DNA of 64,000 bases from Octopus vulgaris (taxonomy: Eukaryota): NCBI GenBank assembly GCA_951406725.2, contig OX597825.1, positions 8,432,001 through 8,496,000 of the forward strand. Reading direction: 5' to 3'. Under the pieces are notes generated by a model. The model was not told the origin of the DNA. It ran no database searches and was given only the letters and a program-made list of their open reading frames with translations. Shown piece by piece: positions 11,834 to 27,235 of this stretch; positions within the stretch are counted from its first letter, which is position 1, and every line of letters begins with the position of its first letter. Both the position numbers and the translations under genes were made by a program.

Positions 11834-13549
11834 ATCTATAAACATTTAATTATTTAGACATTTTCAGTTTCTCGAAATTTAATTTCCAATGATTCTTAAA
11901 ATACTTTTTCATCTAGTGTCTACAATATGTGCCTATATAAGGTTTTGAAAATGTGATTGGAATGTGCTTTCATGCTATGCTCATACTCTTTAATATTAAT
12001 TAAGTATTCAAGTAACCTCTGTAAAAGAAACAATGGTTGGCATTCGTGACCGAAATATCAGTGAAATTCCATGTCGTTCATATTAAATAAGTAGCAGAAT
12101 AACATAACAGGTAATATACTTCTAATAGTAAACAGAAAATGACTATTTCAGTGTTGCCGTATCAGAAAATACGGAGAGGTGTTTCTCTGTTTAGATAAAA
12201 AGAAAATTTCCTAGATTCGGATTCCTATAATATACGAAATTTCATTTGAAGTCCGATCTCTCAATCAGTGGTAAATGTGTATTTTGTTGCAGGTTCTTTG
12301 CCATTTTGCGACTATTTCAGTCAGTCTAGATTTAGGCTAAATATTATTCATTGATCTATTTTCTTTCAACAAGAATAATACATTCAATCCGTCTTTTTTA
12401 TAGAAAGGTTTAGTTTCAAATAGTGATGCAGTAGGTAAAAAAAAGAAAGACCTTCTAGACTACGAGCCATATATTATTTAATAACAATATTTTAGAATTG
12501 TAGATATTTTGTAGATTAATTTTGGCGGTTTTGGAGACTAGCATGGCCAAAATCAAAAGAGAAATTTTGATTAAAAGTCGGACACGGAGAAATCAGATAC
12601 CTGCTCTCAAGTTTCACCCTCATTCCTTTCAGGCCTGGATATTGCTGACATCAACATAATATATGATGTAGTTACATAATCGATGGAGCTATGATTTGTT
12701 TCTCGCTGAAAATGAATGTCAAGGTGTGCATGGCACTTTAACCACATCAATGAGAAATCTTCGTTGATATGTAAAACATTGCGTTTAGAGAAGAAAAAAA
12801 TAGACTTTTAAAGAAAGAGGTAATGGATTGCATCAATACGTTACTGTTTCTGCATTTTGCGGAATTTTAAGAGATGCATGCACGGATTATGTCTCTTATT
12901 TAAGGGATGGGGCTGTTTATAAAATTTGTTGTCTGGTTTAGGCAATGGAAATGAATGGAAACAGTGTAATAAAAATGTGTTTGTGAAGAGGGCAGATCAT
13001 TAAATTGAAAGTAGGAAGTGAACAAAAACGACTGGGAAGGGGGAAACGGATTTTGAACAGGATATATTTGTATAGGCAAATGTGTTCAATTATTTATATA
13101 TGTACATGCAATCAATTAAGAATTCTTATTTTTGATATCCGAGGTCGGTTGATTCATTCGAACGCCATTTACCCCAGTACTTCTGATTATAATATTGATA
13201 TTACGTCTATCTTGCTAATATATTTAATACGAAAATGAAGAGTAATTGTCACTATTCAGCGGAACAAGGGATAGGTTTAGACCTTCACACTTAGAAAGTG
13301 CCTACTGTCCTTTTAAGTTTGATGTCAGAATCAAGCTCATTTAATTAACGAACAATAAGCTTACATAAAGAAGCTTAACAAGTCCTAATTGCTGAAGAAC
13401 ATCAGAAAATATCACAAAATAACAGTACCATCACTTCCCATTGCACTGCAGAATTTAGACTAACTTTGCTGTGGAAAAGAGTTGATCGGAAGACCCTGTC
13501 TTTTATATAAGAATACACGTATTTGATATTCTAATATGGTTAGATATGA

Positions 13550-13621
<72 letters not shown>

Positions 13622-15215
13622 GATAGTTGGCCCACATTTCATGACGCCTTATGTCTCCTTTGTTCAGAAGTAGCTAGAAGTAGTGGTGAACAGTCAAACA
13701 TCATAATACGAATCGGCTATGAAAATATTGATATCTTTTCTGCTGCTTGATGCTCTAAACACTGTAAATGCTGAAACAAAGAAGCCGTGACCAGCAGGAA
13801 GAGGCACAGAGTGTTCTGACTGTCCCTGCACACCAGAATGTGTCTTCATATCTTTGAACATTAGACATAGACACAATTCAGACGGCTCTCTGAAGATGTT
13901 CTAGACTACGGTCAAATGCGATTTGGAGAGGTTAGCTGCTGGAAGCCCATATGGGTAACAGCAGGATTCAGCGTCTTACCATATCTCCTGAAATTGTCAG
14001 ACAGCTAATTCTAGCAATCTGCCAAGAATCTCACTAATATTAGAACGTCCTTGTTCCTTTATCACATTTCCGTTACTTATGAAATTTGGGGGAGTGACAG
14101 TGTCCAAAATTTATGACAAAAGATTTTGACATTTCTCACCCAATATGCATACAAAGATAATTTTTCATTTACAGGAGCTATCGAGAGTTAATAATAATAA
14201 TGATATCTATTATTTTATATATAATAATTATATCGATATAATAATAATGATTAACCCTTTTCTTCATTTTTTCCTCTTGCCATATTTCTGTGACCAGCGG
14301 TCATGTATTTACTTCATTGAACTCTGTATAAGTTATGTGATTCTCCCTCATCACTCAATTTATCACCAGTTATACTCATCATTTACACCAGTTTTGCATG
14401 ATTTCCTAGCAACGACGGTGCTCCCACATGACCAAAATCCGATGACTGCAACAAGTAAATAAAAAAAAAACAAAAAAAAACAGATAAGCATAAATTCCAC
14501 CGCTATCAAATTATAAATATTCTCAGTTCAAATTTCAGTATTGTAGAAACACGATTCCTTTGTCCAACAGCACTGAATGCAACGTGTCAGTTTTTCCCCT
14601 CAAGCAAACAAAGCATTATTATTCATATTTAGCAAAATCCCCCGCAATCAAGCTGACACACAAACACGCAAACGTACAACGACTCAGATATTTAAGAGAA
14701 AATGACCTATGACAAGTAACGGCTTCCGGTACTGGCAGGAACTTGGGCAGAGAGGTTAAATTTAGACTTTGTCTTGGAAGATAAATTAGAGCTTTGATTG
14801 AAATTATTTCCTCCTTTTAGTGAAGGTAAACAAACCCCTTCTGGCAACTGCGAATTGTGATGCATTTGAAAGGGGAGGTAATATGAAAATTCATAAAACA
14901 TCCGGAAGTGAAAATCAATTAAAGATCGTTTTATTCAAGAAGAATGAATGCACACACACGCGCGCACACACATAAACAGACACACACACACGTATACCTC
15001 CTTTCTTGTATGGTGCATTATGAAATTCAGTAGCATATTTGTGGTGTGGTTACGTACGTGCTACACATTATAGGAATACATAATCACTAAAAGTCTCTCC
15101 AGAAACATTTAGATGACCCGATAAATAACTTTGGCCAAATCACGGTGGCGAGCTCGTACGATCGTTAACATGCGGGGCTAAATGCTTGGCGACATATCGC
15201 CGTCTTTAAAAGATA

Positions 15216-15510
15216 CAATGGTCCAGTGGTTAGGGCAGCGGACTCGCGGTCGTAGGATCGCGGCTTCGATTCCCAGACCGGGCGTTGTGGGTGTTTAGAG
15301 AGCGAAAACACCTAAAAGCTCCACGAGACTCCGGCAGGGGGTGGTGGCGACCCCTGCTGTACTCTTTCGCCACAACTTTCTCTCACTCTTTCTTCTGTTG
15401 ACCTGCTGGCTTAGTCAACGGGGTGGCGTCATTTGAAGGCTAAAGCAATGCGAAGCGCATTGTCACCAGCGATGTGTAGCAACATCTGATAGCCTGGTCG
15501 GTCACGTGAT
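15216..15510 (+). mobile_element. tRNA-derived SINE, family C head with an alternative 3' tail
   Basis: CAATGGTCCAGTGGTTAGGGCAGCGGACTCGCGG...TTCGATTCCC head is shared with 60956-61345 for about 175 nt, then the sequence differs. Ends at (AT)n. Confidence 0.8.
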
Positions 15511-18329
15511 ATATATATATATATATATGTATATATATTGGGGTATCGATTAATTGGGGAGACGCTATTTAAGCTACATCAGTTCATTTTCTTTAACTAC
15601 CTTCAAATCTTCCACATCAGTATAGAATATTATTTGATTTCTTATTAGAACTGGACGCTTCGGCGAAGCCACCCTTCAGCGCACCTTCTTATTGTGGGAT
15701 GCGCGATAATATAGGTCTTTCTCGCCGTCCGGGGAGAAAACGTCACTCTACCCTTCTCCGCCCTTGTGTACAGCCACATCTAGAATACGGCTGCCCCAGT
15801 GATTTCCCCACTCCAAATAAAATATTACAAGAATTGTGTCCTCCCAGTGATTTATGGTAAACAAATATAAAAAGTATGACTGATCTTGATTATCGGAACC
15901 GGCTTTAAACATTGAATCTGTTTTCTCTCCAGCGCTATATCATTTGCACAATGTTGGATGTATGCTGCCAACCTTACCCTAACGACCTTAACATGAAATT
16001 CAGAATTCATCCCACATTGAGTCCATGTGTCAGTCTCACGACACAAATTCACTGCATTGCAATTTCTTTTCTTCAACAGATTCGGCTCTATTTAACTTTA
16101 TCCCACAATAGATCAAAGAAGAAAAAGGTCCCATCACCATCAAATAAATTTCTCGATGGGATATCCGATAAGATACTTTGATCTGGACACATCTCAGTCG
16201 TCAACAAAAAAACTCCCTACTTGAATTAAACATGACTTAAGAGATCCTAACCAGATCTATTGATAATAATAACACTGCTTAAGTTCTATGATGCTTGTAT
16301 CTAAAATTTATCCCTCCTCAGACATTACTCATTAACGTCCTGTTTTGTTATTTTCTTGTTACTCATTTCTTGAAATTAATTATATTTTTATTGAGGCTCC
16401 TGTGTAGTGTACACGATTGGATGTTTATCCTGCATCGTGACCAACAAAAGGTCAGTATGCCACTAACATAGGATAGGGTGCTAGCTACTTTCCTGTTTTT
16501 TACATTTTTATTTCTTTTGTCGAGTGAATGCCCTTAAATCTTCTTTCTCGAAAAGTATTTTCGTTGACTATAAAGTTATCGTTTGTTTCATCTTACCCGT
16601 TTCCAATACATATTTTAGCCCTTTCTTATATATTTTTTCTTCCATTCTTTTAATTTTGCTTCTTACATTTTTCTCTGCTTATTTCGCACCACTCCTGCCG
16701 CTTCCTCCCATTCGTATCAATGTTCTATGCCCATTTCTAGCAAAACCTCTTCCTATCTCTCTTTCTTCCTTATCATTACTGCTTCTTCCCTGTTCTTTTT
16801 CTTTTCATCTTTGCTCTGCTATTTCGGTTTCCTTCTAGCTAATTTTGCCATTCATCGTTTTGAAGACACTACTCCACGTTTCAAAGCTTCGTGCTTGAAT
16901 ATATTAACGCATGAAGCTTACATGTTGATACCCCTAGATGTTTGATGTGCGTTATCGTATTAGTATGTATATGCGCTCGCCTAATGCACTCTCTCACATC
17001 AAACATTCGCTGAATCTTTGTAACAGCTGTAAATGGTAATCGAAGGGTATATATGTTGGCTTCGCCAATAGAAATATATACGCACTGCAGCTCAGAAGAT
17101 ACTTTCGCATTGATAAAACTGGCTTAAAATGACGGCCATTTCATATCAGCTAAGCTTTTTAATGTACATCTCATAACTTTCTGCAATCCTTTTCTCACGC
17201 ACGAACCTCTTCACAACGATATATATGATATCCTTCCTGCACCTTTAAACCTCTCACAAATAAGCTGAATAACAATAAAGAGAAAGGGGCTATGGACACG
17301 AAATGTTATACTTTATGGGGGCGACTAAGTATTTTTCCAAAGCAATCTACGAAGCGTGAAGATAATTGTTACATCACTCCTATTTTTATTTCTATATACC
17401 GAAAGCATAGAAAGCATGTTTACTATCTTATTTCACGAGAAATTAAGCCGCATTTATGGACTTTGAATCAGGTCATTGACCGATAAACCATAACCACACA
17501 AACACATATCAACAAATTATCCTGATGTCATTTGAAGCCAATAAGTTTTTATATGTGGCATTTTTGAGATGTTCGACTAGGGCTATTTCCGCAATAACTG
17601 CATACTTGCATACATACAAACATACACACACACATGCATACATAGATACCCACATGCATACATACAAACGTACATGCATACGTATATATCTACTATATAT
17701 ACTTGAATAACATTCGGTCTCATGTAATAGTCAATCCACTATTTTTGGTCAAAAAAGTGGTGGAAATTCGACCGTGTAAAAGTCGACCCTCGTATTTGTG
17801 GGTCAAGGTACGGCATTATCATTCACCTAGAAATAACACTGTTACAAAATTGTGTGGCTACCTTACTGTAGACTCTTCTGTCGGTGGAATGCTTGCTGCT
17901 TGCAATGGAATTCTTGGTGCTTATAGTAGAATACTAACTAATACGAACAACTACACATCTTTTGATGGGTGCTACGTCATCATTACTAAAATGTATGCAC
18001 TAGATGTGATGCAATGCTGCATATATCTTGAAGCACAAAAAACACGTGAGTTATAACTCGTTGTGCACATGGTGAGAAGCTTGTTTTTCAGACTCAACAA
18101 TTGGCGGACAACAGCAAACGCCACTGTCTGAATTCGTACAAAGCATGACTTTGGCAAGCCTAAAGACATTCAATTCATCGCTAGATCAGTGGTTCCTATT
18201 TCCCACATCAACAAATACAATAAACACGTAAGTCATACGTTTCACAGATGGTAATATCGGTGAACAACAGCAAACTCTACAGTATAAATTCGAACAGAGG
18301 CATTAAAAACATTTAGGTAATCGCTAAAT

Positions 18330-18447
18330 CAGTGGTTCTCAAACTTTTTTTGCCACAGAATCTTCGACATTATTTTTAAAAACGTGAAATCACTGATAGC
18401 TTTCAGAGAACACTGAGGTTTTACAGAACACACTTTGGGAATCCCTG
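18330..18447. mobile_element. hAT (Charlie-like) MITE
   Basis: Termini CAGTGGTTCTCAAAC ... TTTGGGAATCCCTG form an imperfect TIR. Flanks CGCTAAAT / CCCTAGAT resemble a decayed 8-bp TSD. Confidence 0.55.
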
Positions 18448-19871
18448 CCCTAGATTAACAATTCTACACCATATTATTGACATTTACCAACAACTGCACA
18501 CTACACCCAGCAACTTTCTTGAAACATACCGAGTATGATTCAGCTGTATGTACGTATGTACGCATCATTTGTATGTAACGGTAGACAGTGGCATGCCGGT
18601 ACCGAATAGATAGGTTACCAGTGGTAATATAACATAATTATGAGATATATATTGATTTCAATCAGCTAATCTATTGAATTTGGTGGATACAAATAAAAGA
18701 GAAAGCTTAAATATTTATAAGAGCTACGCGGCCATGTTAGAGCGTTTTGTTATTTACTGGGATGTGTGTTTTGATGCATAGAGTTGCTAATATTACTGTA
18801 ATTTATTTTGTTCTGGTTTTCATCCGCTTCATGTGAACAAAATATATCTTAGTATCTTAATTTTTCAAGCACACTCACATGGTAGAATGGTATTCTTCAC
18901 CATTTTGAATAAAAAAAAACACGTCTCGGGAGATAGTCATAAAGAAAACAATAAATTAAGCAGACATCTTTTCAGCGGTTATCTCCCTTAGATTTGACTT
19001 TAAAAAACTGTCATGTTTGCATTAACTTATATCATTATCATTTCCTTTTATCCGTCAAAAAGTCCTTGTATATTACCCCTTCTCAATGCTGTTTCACAAT
19101 ATACTGAATCGAAACGTATTCAATGACAAACAGAAAGATTGATCGTATTAATTTTCAGACATTGAGAAAATGCAAACAGTAGACTTTCATACTAGTATCA
19201 CATTCATTTTAGAATAAATTCTGTGTGATAAAACACCGATATTATAAGACTTCAGATTGAAGAAACACTAAACGAAGATTTAGAGACAGACATAAAGATT
19301 TTCAAATATCTTTATTCAATCCTTACGCTCACATAAACTCTCTCACTAACAAATATTTTCACTAAGTTTTCAAAAATATCCGTCATTATATAGAATTAAA
19401 TAAGAGCATCAGCATCCTTAGAGATATCCTATGTAATGTTTGCAGATAAGTTTCGAAGAATGTAAAATTACGTGAGAAAAAAATTATAATTTTATTTGTA
19501 ACATATACCATCATGGTAAATAATTCTCATCAAAGCTACAATTACTTAAACGTATGCGTCACAATTACGTGAGTAGAAAATACATTTTAAATGCGCGTCA
19601 GTAGGAGAGGTGGGGAGAATGAGAGAGAGAGTGAGGTAGAGTGCGAGAAACTGACAAAAGACAAGCAGAGCTTATGAGGGTACAAATTTTGAGTGGTATT
19701 TCAGGTTATTAATATTCAGGACAAAGAATGGACTGAACTGCAGAATTTTGCGAAAATGCTACCTGCCGTACATTGTATTGTACACACTATCTCTCTCTTA
19801 CTCTGTAGAATGTAAACGGTTTCGACACTCATGCGCGCTTATGTACTAGTACGTATATATGTATATATACA

Positions 19872-21058
19872 CAGACGTGCAGGAAGTAAATAAGCACCTT
19901 CAATTTTCAAAATCGTTTATTGAATACGCAAAGCGAACGATTGACATGTAATCGATAGGTAGGACTACATACTCAAGTATTTAGTTGATATTCCCTTTGC
20001 AGGTTTTAATTCAGAAACTCCATTTTGGCACTGAACGGATGAGCTTTGTGATTGTCTCTTGTGGAATTTCTGCCCACTTTTCACGCAACATTCGAAATAA
20101 TTCCTCTTTAGATTTAGGCTTCTGTCGATTTTTTTGTAAAGCTCTATCGGGTATGCTCCAAAGATTTTGATCCCATTTTCAGTCAGCCATTGTTGATGCC
20201 TTTTCGCTGTGTGGAATGGAGCCCCATCTTCCATGAATAAAAAAACATTTTTTGTTGTCATCGTGAGAATACATCAGAAGTAGTCCTTGCTTAAATATTT
20301 CGATGTATTTTTCACAATTTATACATCCAACACATTGAATCAACTCAGAACGTCCATTGCTGGTGACAGCTCCCCAAACCAGTACAGAGATACCGCCATG
20401 TTTGGTTCGTGCCGTTTTGAAATCAAATTCTTGATTGAGAAGCCTCCAGACCTCCACTGTCTGAAAATAATGCAAATCTGGATTCATCTGAGAAAATCGC
20501 TCTTTCCCAGAATGAACTGGATTTTTCTGATATCTCCTTAGCCCATTTCCTTCTTTTCAGGATATTAATTGGTTGAAGGAGAGGTTTTCTCCTAGCTGCT
20601 CGTCCATAATACCCAAGCTTATACAGATATGTAACACGCGTTCTAGGACTACCTTCTAGCTGTTTTGCAATGTCAGAAGCCTTCGAACGGGGTTCGTTTT
20701 GCACAATTCTCTTCAAATAACGAATCTTCCTTTCCGAGGGCCCAGTTCGGCCGGGACGAGAATCTGTTGATTCTTTTCCTTGGCTTTTGAATTGCACTAT
20801 AATTCTATTAACAGTAGCAAGAGCAATTTGAAGGTTTTCAGGAATTTTTCCCTGGCTAAGACCAGCCTCATATTGCCCAACAATACGACCTCCTTGAAAA
20901 TCTGAAAGTTTTGCTGAATTTTTTTGTGCGTGGCATGGTTACTCTTTGCAAATGTTTAATATAATGGCACCTGGAATGAAAAAGAATAATTACATTGTAA
21001 ATTCTACGCTTAGATCAGAAATTTTGAAAATGAAAGGTGTAATGTTTGTGCATATATA
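19872..21058 (-). mobile_element. Tc1-family DNA transposon, frameshifted transposase (ATG at 20936)
   Basis: Minus-strand pieces: [12 protein letters not shown]..., [43 protein letters not shown]. Imperfect TIR cores CACCTTCAATTTTCAAAAT / ATTTTGAAAATGAAAGGTG. Confidence 0.9.
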
Positions 21059-21390
21059 CTCTTTTACTCTTTTACTTGTTTCAGTCATTTCACTGCGGCC
21101 ATTCTGGAGCACCGCCTTTTAGCCGAGCAAATCGACCCCGGGACTTATTCTTTGTAAGCCCAGTACTTATTCTATCAGTCTCTTTTTGTCGAACCGCTAA
21201 GTGACGGGGACGTAAACACACCAGCATCGGCTGTCAAGCAATGCTAGGGGGACAAACACAGACACACAAACACATACACACATACATATATATATATATA
21301 CATATATACGACAGTATATATGTATATATATATATATGAAATCATGTGGTTGGTTAGCAAGCTACTTACCACACAGCCACTCCTGCGCCT
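21058..21390 (-). mobile_element. SINE family A, internally deleted
   Basis: Head (21345-21390) and tail (21058-21260) match family A; the middle is replaced by a TA-rich tract. Confidence 0.85.
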
Positions 21391-22847
21391 ATATATATAT
21401 ATATATTGTTTCAAATTTGAGGTAATGTGTTTAGAATAATACATTAATTGAAATATGTATGAAAGTGCTAATTTTGTTAATATGCAATAATAAAAACATG
21501 AAGTCGGTTTTCACTTTAAGGCTAGAAGTAGGAGAAACGATCTCCTCTCGCGAAAACTCATCGGACACAGAATGTGTGTCGTAAGCCAGATAGGGGAGAT
21601 ATCTTCCTGGGGGTATAAACATCAATAGCACAGTCCTGTATAAGATGCCACACTTAGCTGGCAAACACATGTTACGGTTCTGTACTTCTACTGTTTATCT
21701 CTCGCTCAGAGATTTAATACACCATTCTCTCTTTTCTACGTAACTGAACAGCGATAATTCTACTAAGTCAATATATATGTATATATGTATACACACACAC
21801 ACAACGTATATATACACGCATAATCACGAATATTGTCTTTGTATATTTTCATATTCTTTTCTATTCCTGCTATGTGATATTTAATGTGCTTCGGTGAATA
21901 ATGTGCTTTGTTACTAGAATTCTACATGCGCGTGTATTTGTTTGAGCGTGCGTGTATAGCCATGTATTTGTGTATTAAATTCTCTGCGCGCTGAATTACA
22001 TTTTACATTTGGTTAGGATATTTAGTGTCGATTCTTGCGCATGTTAATGCTTATTTTTGCATAGCTAGCATTGGGGATGTTCTTGAAATTTTTACATTTG
22101 AAAGCATTGTTTGGTGATGTATTCTATTCATTTCTGCACGATGATATTATTATGTTTCACATGCTTGTTAATTTATTTTATGTATCATGATTTTGTTTTT
22201 CTTTTTTTTTTCTGTGACGTCTGTTGGATCAGTTTCCACAATCACTTATAAAATATATTTTATTTTTGCCTCAATATCCTTTTATCTTATAGGCTGTTTG
22301 TGCTTAACGATGGACGTTGCCTTTCTTCCGTTCATATTTCGCAATGAATGTGGGTGCTGTATGTAGCTTTCGTTAAAACTCTAAACTGAATTTGTTATAG
22401 AAATTCGACCACCTTACATTTGCACAGAAATATTGCTGGAAATGGATATCTCTATGATAATCTATGCTAGGCTAGCCAAGCACTACTGAGATAAATCTAC
22501 CCTGTGTAACATATTGTGTAGTGCTGTACAGATTTACCTTTCTGATTTTTATGTGAGTTTGTGTCCATACGTACGTGGACGTTTGTATGTGCGTGTATGA
22601 TTTATGTATGTATGTATGCATGTATGCATATATGTTTGTATTTATGTATGTATTTTTTTATGTATGTATGTATGTGTATATGTATTATTTTATTTTTCTG
22701 TCTTGAAATTATCTGCAACACAAATGTTTAGTCAATACTTTTCTTTGAATAATTGTCTTTCAATGTCAGTTCCCAATTATATCACATATTCCAAATGTAA
22801 TATGACTATTTTCATTTGAATTCATACATCCAATTATTAAGAGCCAC

Positions 22848-22945
<98 letters not shown>
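22848..22945. repeat. (AAT)n microsatellite
   Basis: Directly visible; it explains the poly-L/I/Y ORFs. Confidence 0.95.
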
Positions 22946-23148
22946 AGTTGAAGTGATAACCAAGTAATATAGTGCGTGTAGTTAATTGGTGAAACTGTGA
23001 CCATCTGCAAATAGAACTCGATTTTACATCCGTAATCTTGCAAAATAAATACATAAATGTATACACACAGACACGCATAGACATATATGTATGTATGTAT
23101 TTATATATATATGTTATATGTATGTGTATGTATGTATATATATATATG

Positions 23149-23191
<43 letters not shown>

Positions 23192-23299
23192 ATGTACATA
23201 TATATATATATCTATATATGCATATGTATATATAATATATATATATATACATATACATATATATATATGTGTGTATATATATATATATGTATATATGTG

Positions 23300-23335
<36 letters not shown>

Positions 23336-26300
23336 CATACATACATACACACTCCCCCACACATGTATATTTGGGTTATATGTATTTGAATATTTGCGTG
23401 ATTGTGCATATGTGCTATTTTCCCATTATTCATATGTATACACATTCGACAATGCTGTATACTTTATTCCTACACATACAAAAAAAGCGATATTGATTCG
23501 GTTTATAATTTCTCACATTCATTTCGTAACATAAATGATGCAGTAGTGATGATCTATAGAGATATCGTGTTAAAACGAATGCTTGTATATTATGTGAATA
23601 TCTTGGAAATTTTAATGACGATATTGAATATAAAGGTGAAGCTATACACAGAAGATACTTTAAACACATACGTCAGATATTTTACCCAGATTCCAAGTCT
23701 CGATTTTATCTTACTATAAGTACCGAGAACTCTATATAAATATGTAGAAACTGTTGTGACTTCATAGCTGTATGATTTCCAATTTCTATTCACACTGTGC
23801 GTAATAAGAAACGTGCAGGTCACGGTGACCTTATGGTGATAGCTTTTACTGATCGTATTATCTGATTTATCATTTTAGTACAGTGTACCGGATGTTGCTA
23901 ACAAGTTTTACGATATCATCTCGAAGAAAGAGCTTTTTTGAATGCCGAAATACTCGACTCTTATACTATTACGCACATATCTAATTTAAACAATTTACCA
24001 TATACATAATCCTGTAGAGTCATATAACTTGCGCTTATGTATGAATGAATACATGTATGCATTAATTTACACATGTTTCTATGTACATATACGTGTGCGT
24101 ATGCATCTATGAGTGCGGTGACGGCCATATTTTGACATTTTACTCACGCAGAGACAGAGGCAGATTCCAACAAGAAACTGCTTTAATCTATTTATTTATT
24201 TATCTATTCTGGAATTTAGACATCATAAGCTAATTGACCACGTGTGTTGGATGTATGAGTGCAGACCCGTATGTTTCAACGCGCATGCGTGTGTTTGTTG
24301 CAAATTTCGGATTTGTTTATATTCTACTTTTACATTTTGACCTATTTAAGTTTACATATGGATATGATCATTTCCATTATTTGAATCGACATCGGTAAAT
24401 GTAGGTACCACAGCCTAAATTGTGGAATAATCAATCGATATTATAACATTATTAGTTATCGTAATTCCTAATAGTGTCCTATATCTTTTGGGGAAAAAGT
24501 TCTCCTCAAGTTTGGCAATAAGGAGATTACTACAGGTTGTTTAAATTTTCATTAATTACTAGCCCTGTTTCATAACTTTGGGTATCAAAATGCAGCTAAA
24601 TAAGTGCTTTCTTGTTATTTTAATTTTAGGATCACATCTGCTGAAGAAGCCGATTTCTATTACTCTACATATTTTCATATCTATTGAAGATTTATACAAT
24701 ATTGAGCATTTGAATTATCTAGTTATATGTGTGACATATTTCCCCTAAATCACAAGGAATTCTGTTATTAATAATCTGACCTGAAAGTTATATACAGGCA
24801 AGTTTACGTCTAGAGCATCTAAATTAATTTTGCATTTCCATTTCCAATGACTGTTGATATTTTCAGGAACAAAATATTGGATTTTGCTTTATGCAATGAT
24901 TTCCTCTACGATTTATACACATGTAAAACATATTCTCTACACGGCGCGCTTTACCCAAATATATTTCGTGGAAATAGAGTAGAAATCGACGAAATTGTTC
25001 AAGGTTTGTAGAGTTATTGCCTTGCCGTAAGTCAGATATGATCCCATACAAACATAAGTCATTTTTTGTTCAGCCGGATATAATACTTAGTGGCATTTCT
25101 TCCGGGTTTATGTTCTCAGTTTCAATTCGGCCGAGAACAATTTTGTTTGTCATCCTTTCGGAGTCCCTAAATAAGTTGGTGTTTAGCACTGACATCAAGA
25201 GAATCGCGTACCACTTTCCCAGCGATGTCCCCGCCTTGTGCATATTGGAGAAATTGTTATTTTGTATTCTTACTCAAATGAGACCCTGGAATGTGACGTT
25301 AGATATATTTGTCTTTTAGTTGCTAGGTGGTAATGAAATAACGGTAATTAACTGCGTAGTAGAAGAAAGGTTTGAATTAACGACAATCTGAGACGGTAAT
25401 TTATTCAGCAAGACATTTCTGCTTGTTGTCAAATTTTTTTTCATTCACGACATTCACGAAAACTATAATTATCAGATTGCTAGATATTGTTTGATGGAAG
25501 AAATAATGCCCGATGACGCTATCGAATGATTAACTAGTCAGTGATTATCAGTGGTGGTTATCAAATAGTTCCATTTCAAATGATTCCCTGCTGTATTCCT
25601 CAACTGAATAAATATCACAAAGAATATTTTTAAAAATATGATTAAGATTAATGTAAAAAATAAATAACGCTGAAGCAAAGCAACACCAAATATTTAGTGC
25701 GTGTGTATTGGCTAAACTGGCAAAATGACCATTCCTAAATACAACACTATCTGTTTCAACACGCGATTTCACATCAAAAATCTTGCAAAACAAATATATA
25801 AATGGAATAATGTAGAAATCACAAAATTTCAATTAATTTATTGCGCTGCTCTGAAAACATAACATACCATGTAACTGGAGAAACATAAATATTGCCTCCA
25901 GTGTTTCTTGAACGTAAATAACGCAATTTTCGTAGGATATATTACAGCAGGACATATCCATGTACCTTATTAATGCAGTAATTTAGTACAGAGTACGACT
26001 TGAATAACTGTCTTGAATGGTGAGTAATGCTGTAGAAGCTGCATCCGTTTATTCACGAAATATATTTCCACTGCATTTTGCATTAGCTTGATTAACTGTG
26101 TCGTTGTATCAGATACCCTTGGGATTAAATGTAATTCGGAGAAAGTTCACACATAATTATCAATAGGGGTTAATAGATATCATTCATCAGCGTAGTGTTC
26201 TTTAAACATCATAGAGAATTTCTTAAGAAATAATGCAATTGTATGCACAAATGTGTATGAAATTTAATCTCTTCACAGCAATGGCAATAATTCATATAAA

Positions 26301-26989
26301 TAAATTTCATAAAGTCACTACGGGCTTTGAAATCACCCTTGTAGCAGTTCTCAGATATAATCAAGGGAATAAATCTATTACACAAAGCTCTACATTACCA
26401 GTTAATTGACTTCATGTAACCGTGTGTATTGTTATGTTCCATAAATGTGAATTACGACAAGTTAACTTGATACATCAAATATGCAACTGGTACAAGTATA
26501 AGTCCATAACTTTTACAATACACTGCGAGACCAAATTTATATTACACTGCAAGGATGATTTAATGCATTCATTGCTCAATAAATGGGCTGAAATTATGCG
26601 CTGAAGAATGAGATAATAAAAGTTCTGAGAGAAGGAAATCCACAAAGCACTTATGATTTTGAGAGAAGAAAAACGTCAATGCAGTTTAAAATGTTACTGA
26701 AAAGAAATGAAAAATGCCATTGCACATTATCATATAATATCTGGTGTGCTCACTGGAAAATGATTCATTCAAATTAAAGCTGAATCACCTTGGAAACTAG
26801 GGCGCCTACCTGACCAGCTCTGTCCATTAGATATATATGCAGTGGTCATCAGCGGGATCGCAATTTCTGGGATACGAGCGTGCATAATCATACAGCAACT
26901 ACAAATTTGATGAGTAAAACATCATCCATCATCCCCGACCGCGAGCGCGTACATATATATACACAGATACACACACGCACACGCACACA

Positions 26990-27057
<68 letters not shown>

Positions 27058-27084
27058 CACTTATATATTTATATAAGTGATGGG

Positions 27085-27235
27085 TTATTTCCGCCTCTCA
27101 AATCCATTCAGGATGTGTTTCGGTTGGACCGATGCTATAGAATAAGACATTAACCAAACGTTCCGCACAGTGGAACTGAACTCGAAATCATGAGGTTGAG
27201 AAGCAAGCTTCTCACCACACACAGCCACGCCTGCA
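27085..27235 (-). mobile_element. SINE family A, diverged 5' fragment
   Basis: CAGGCGTGGCTGTGTG...GAGTTCAGTTCCACTGTGCGG on the minus strand. Confidence 0.6.

Noticed and set aside
23905-23960. CTCGAAGA...GCCGAAATAC hammerhead-like string
   Set aside because: The core and helices are too degenerate to support a call.
24642-24700. CTGAAGA core half
   Set aside because: No helix II or GAAA partner follows.
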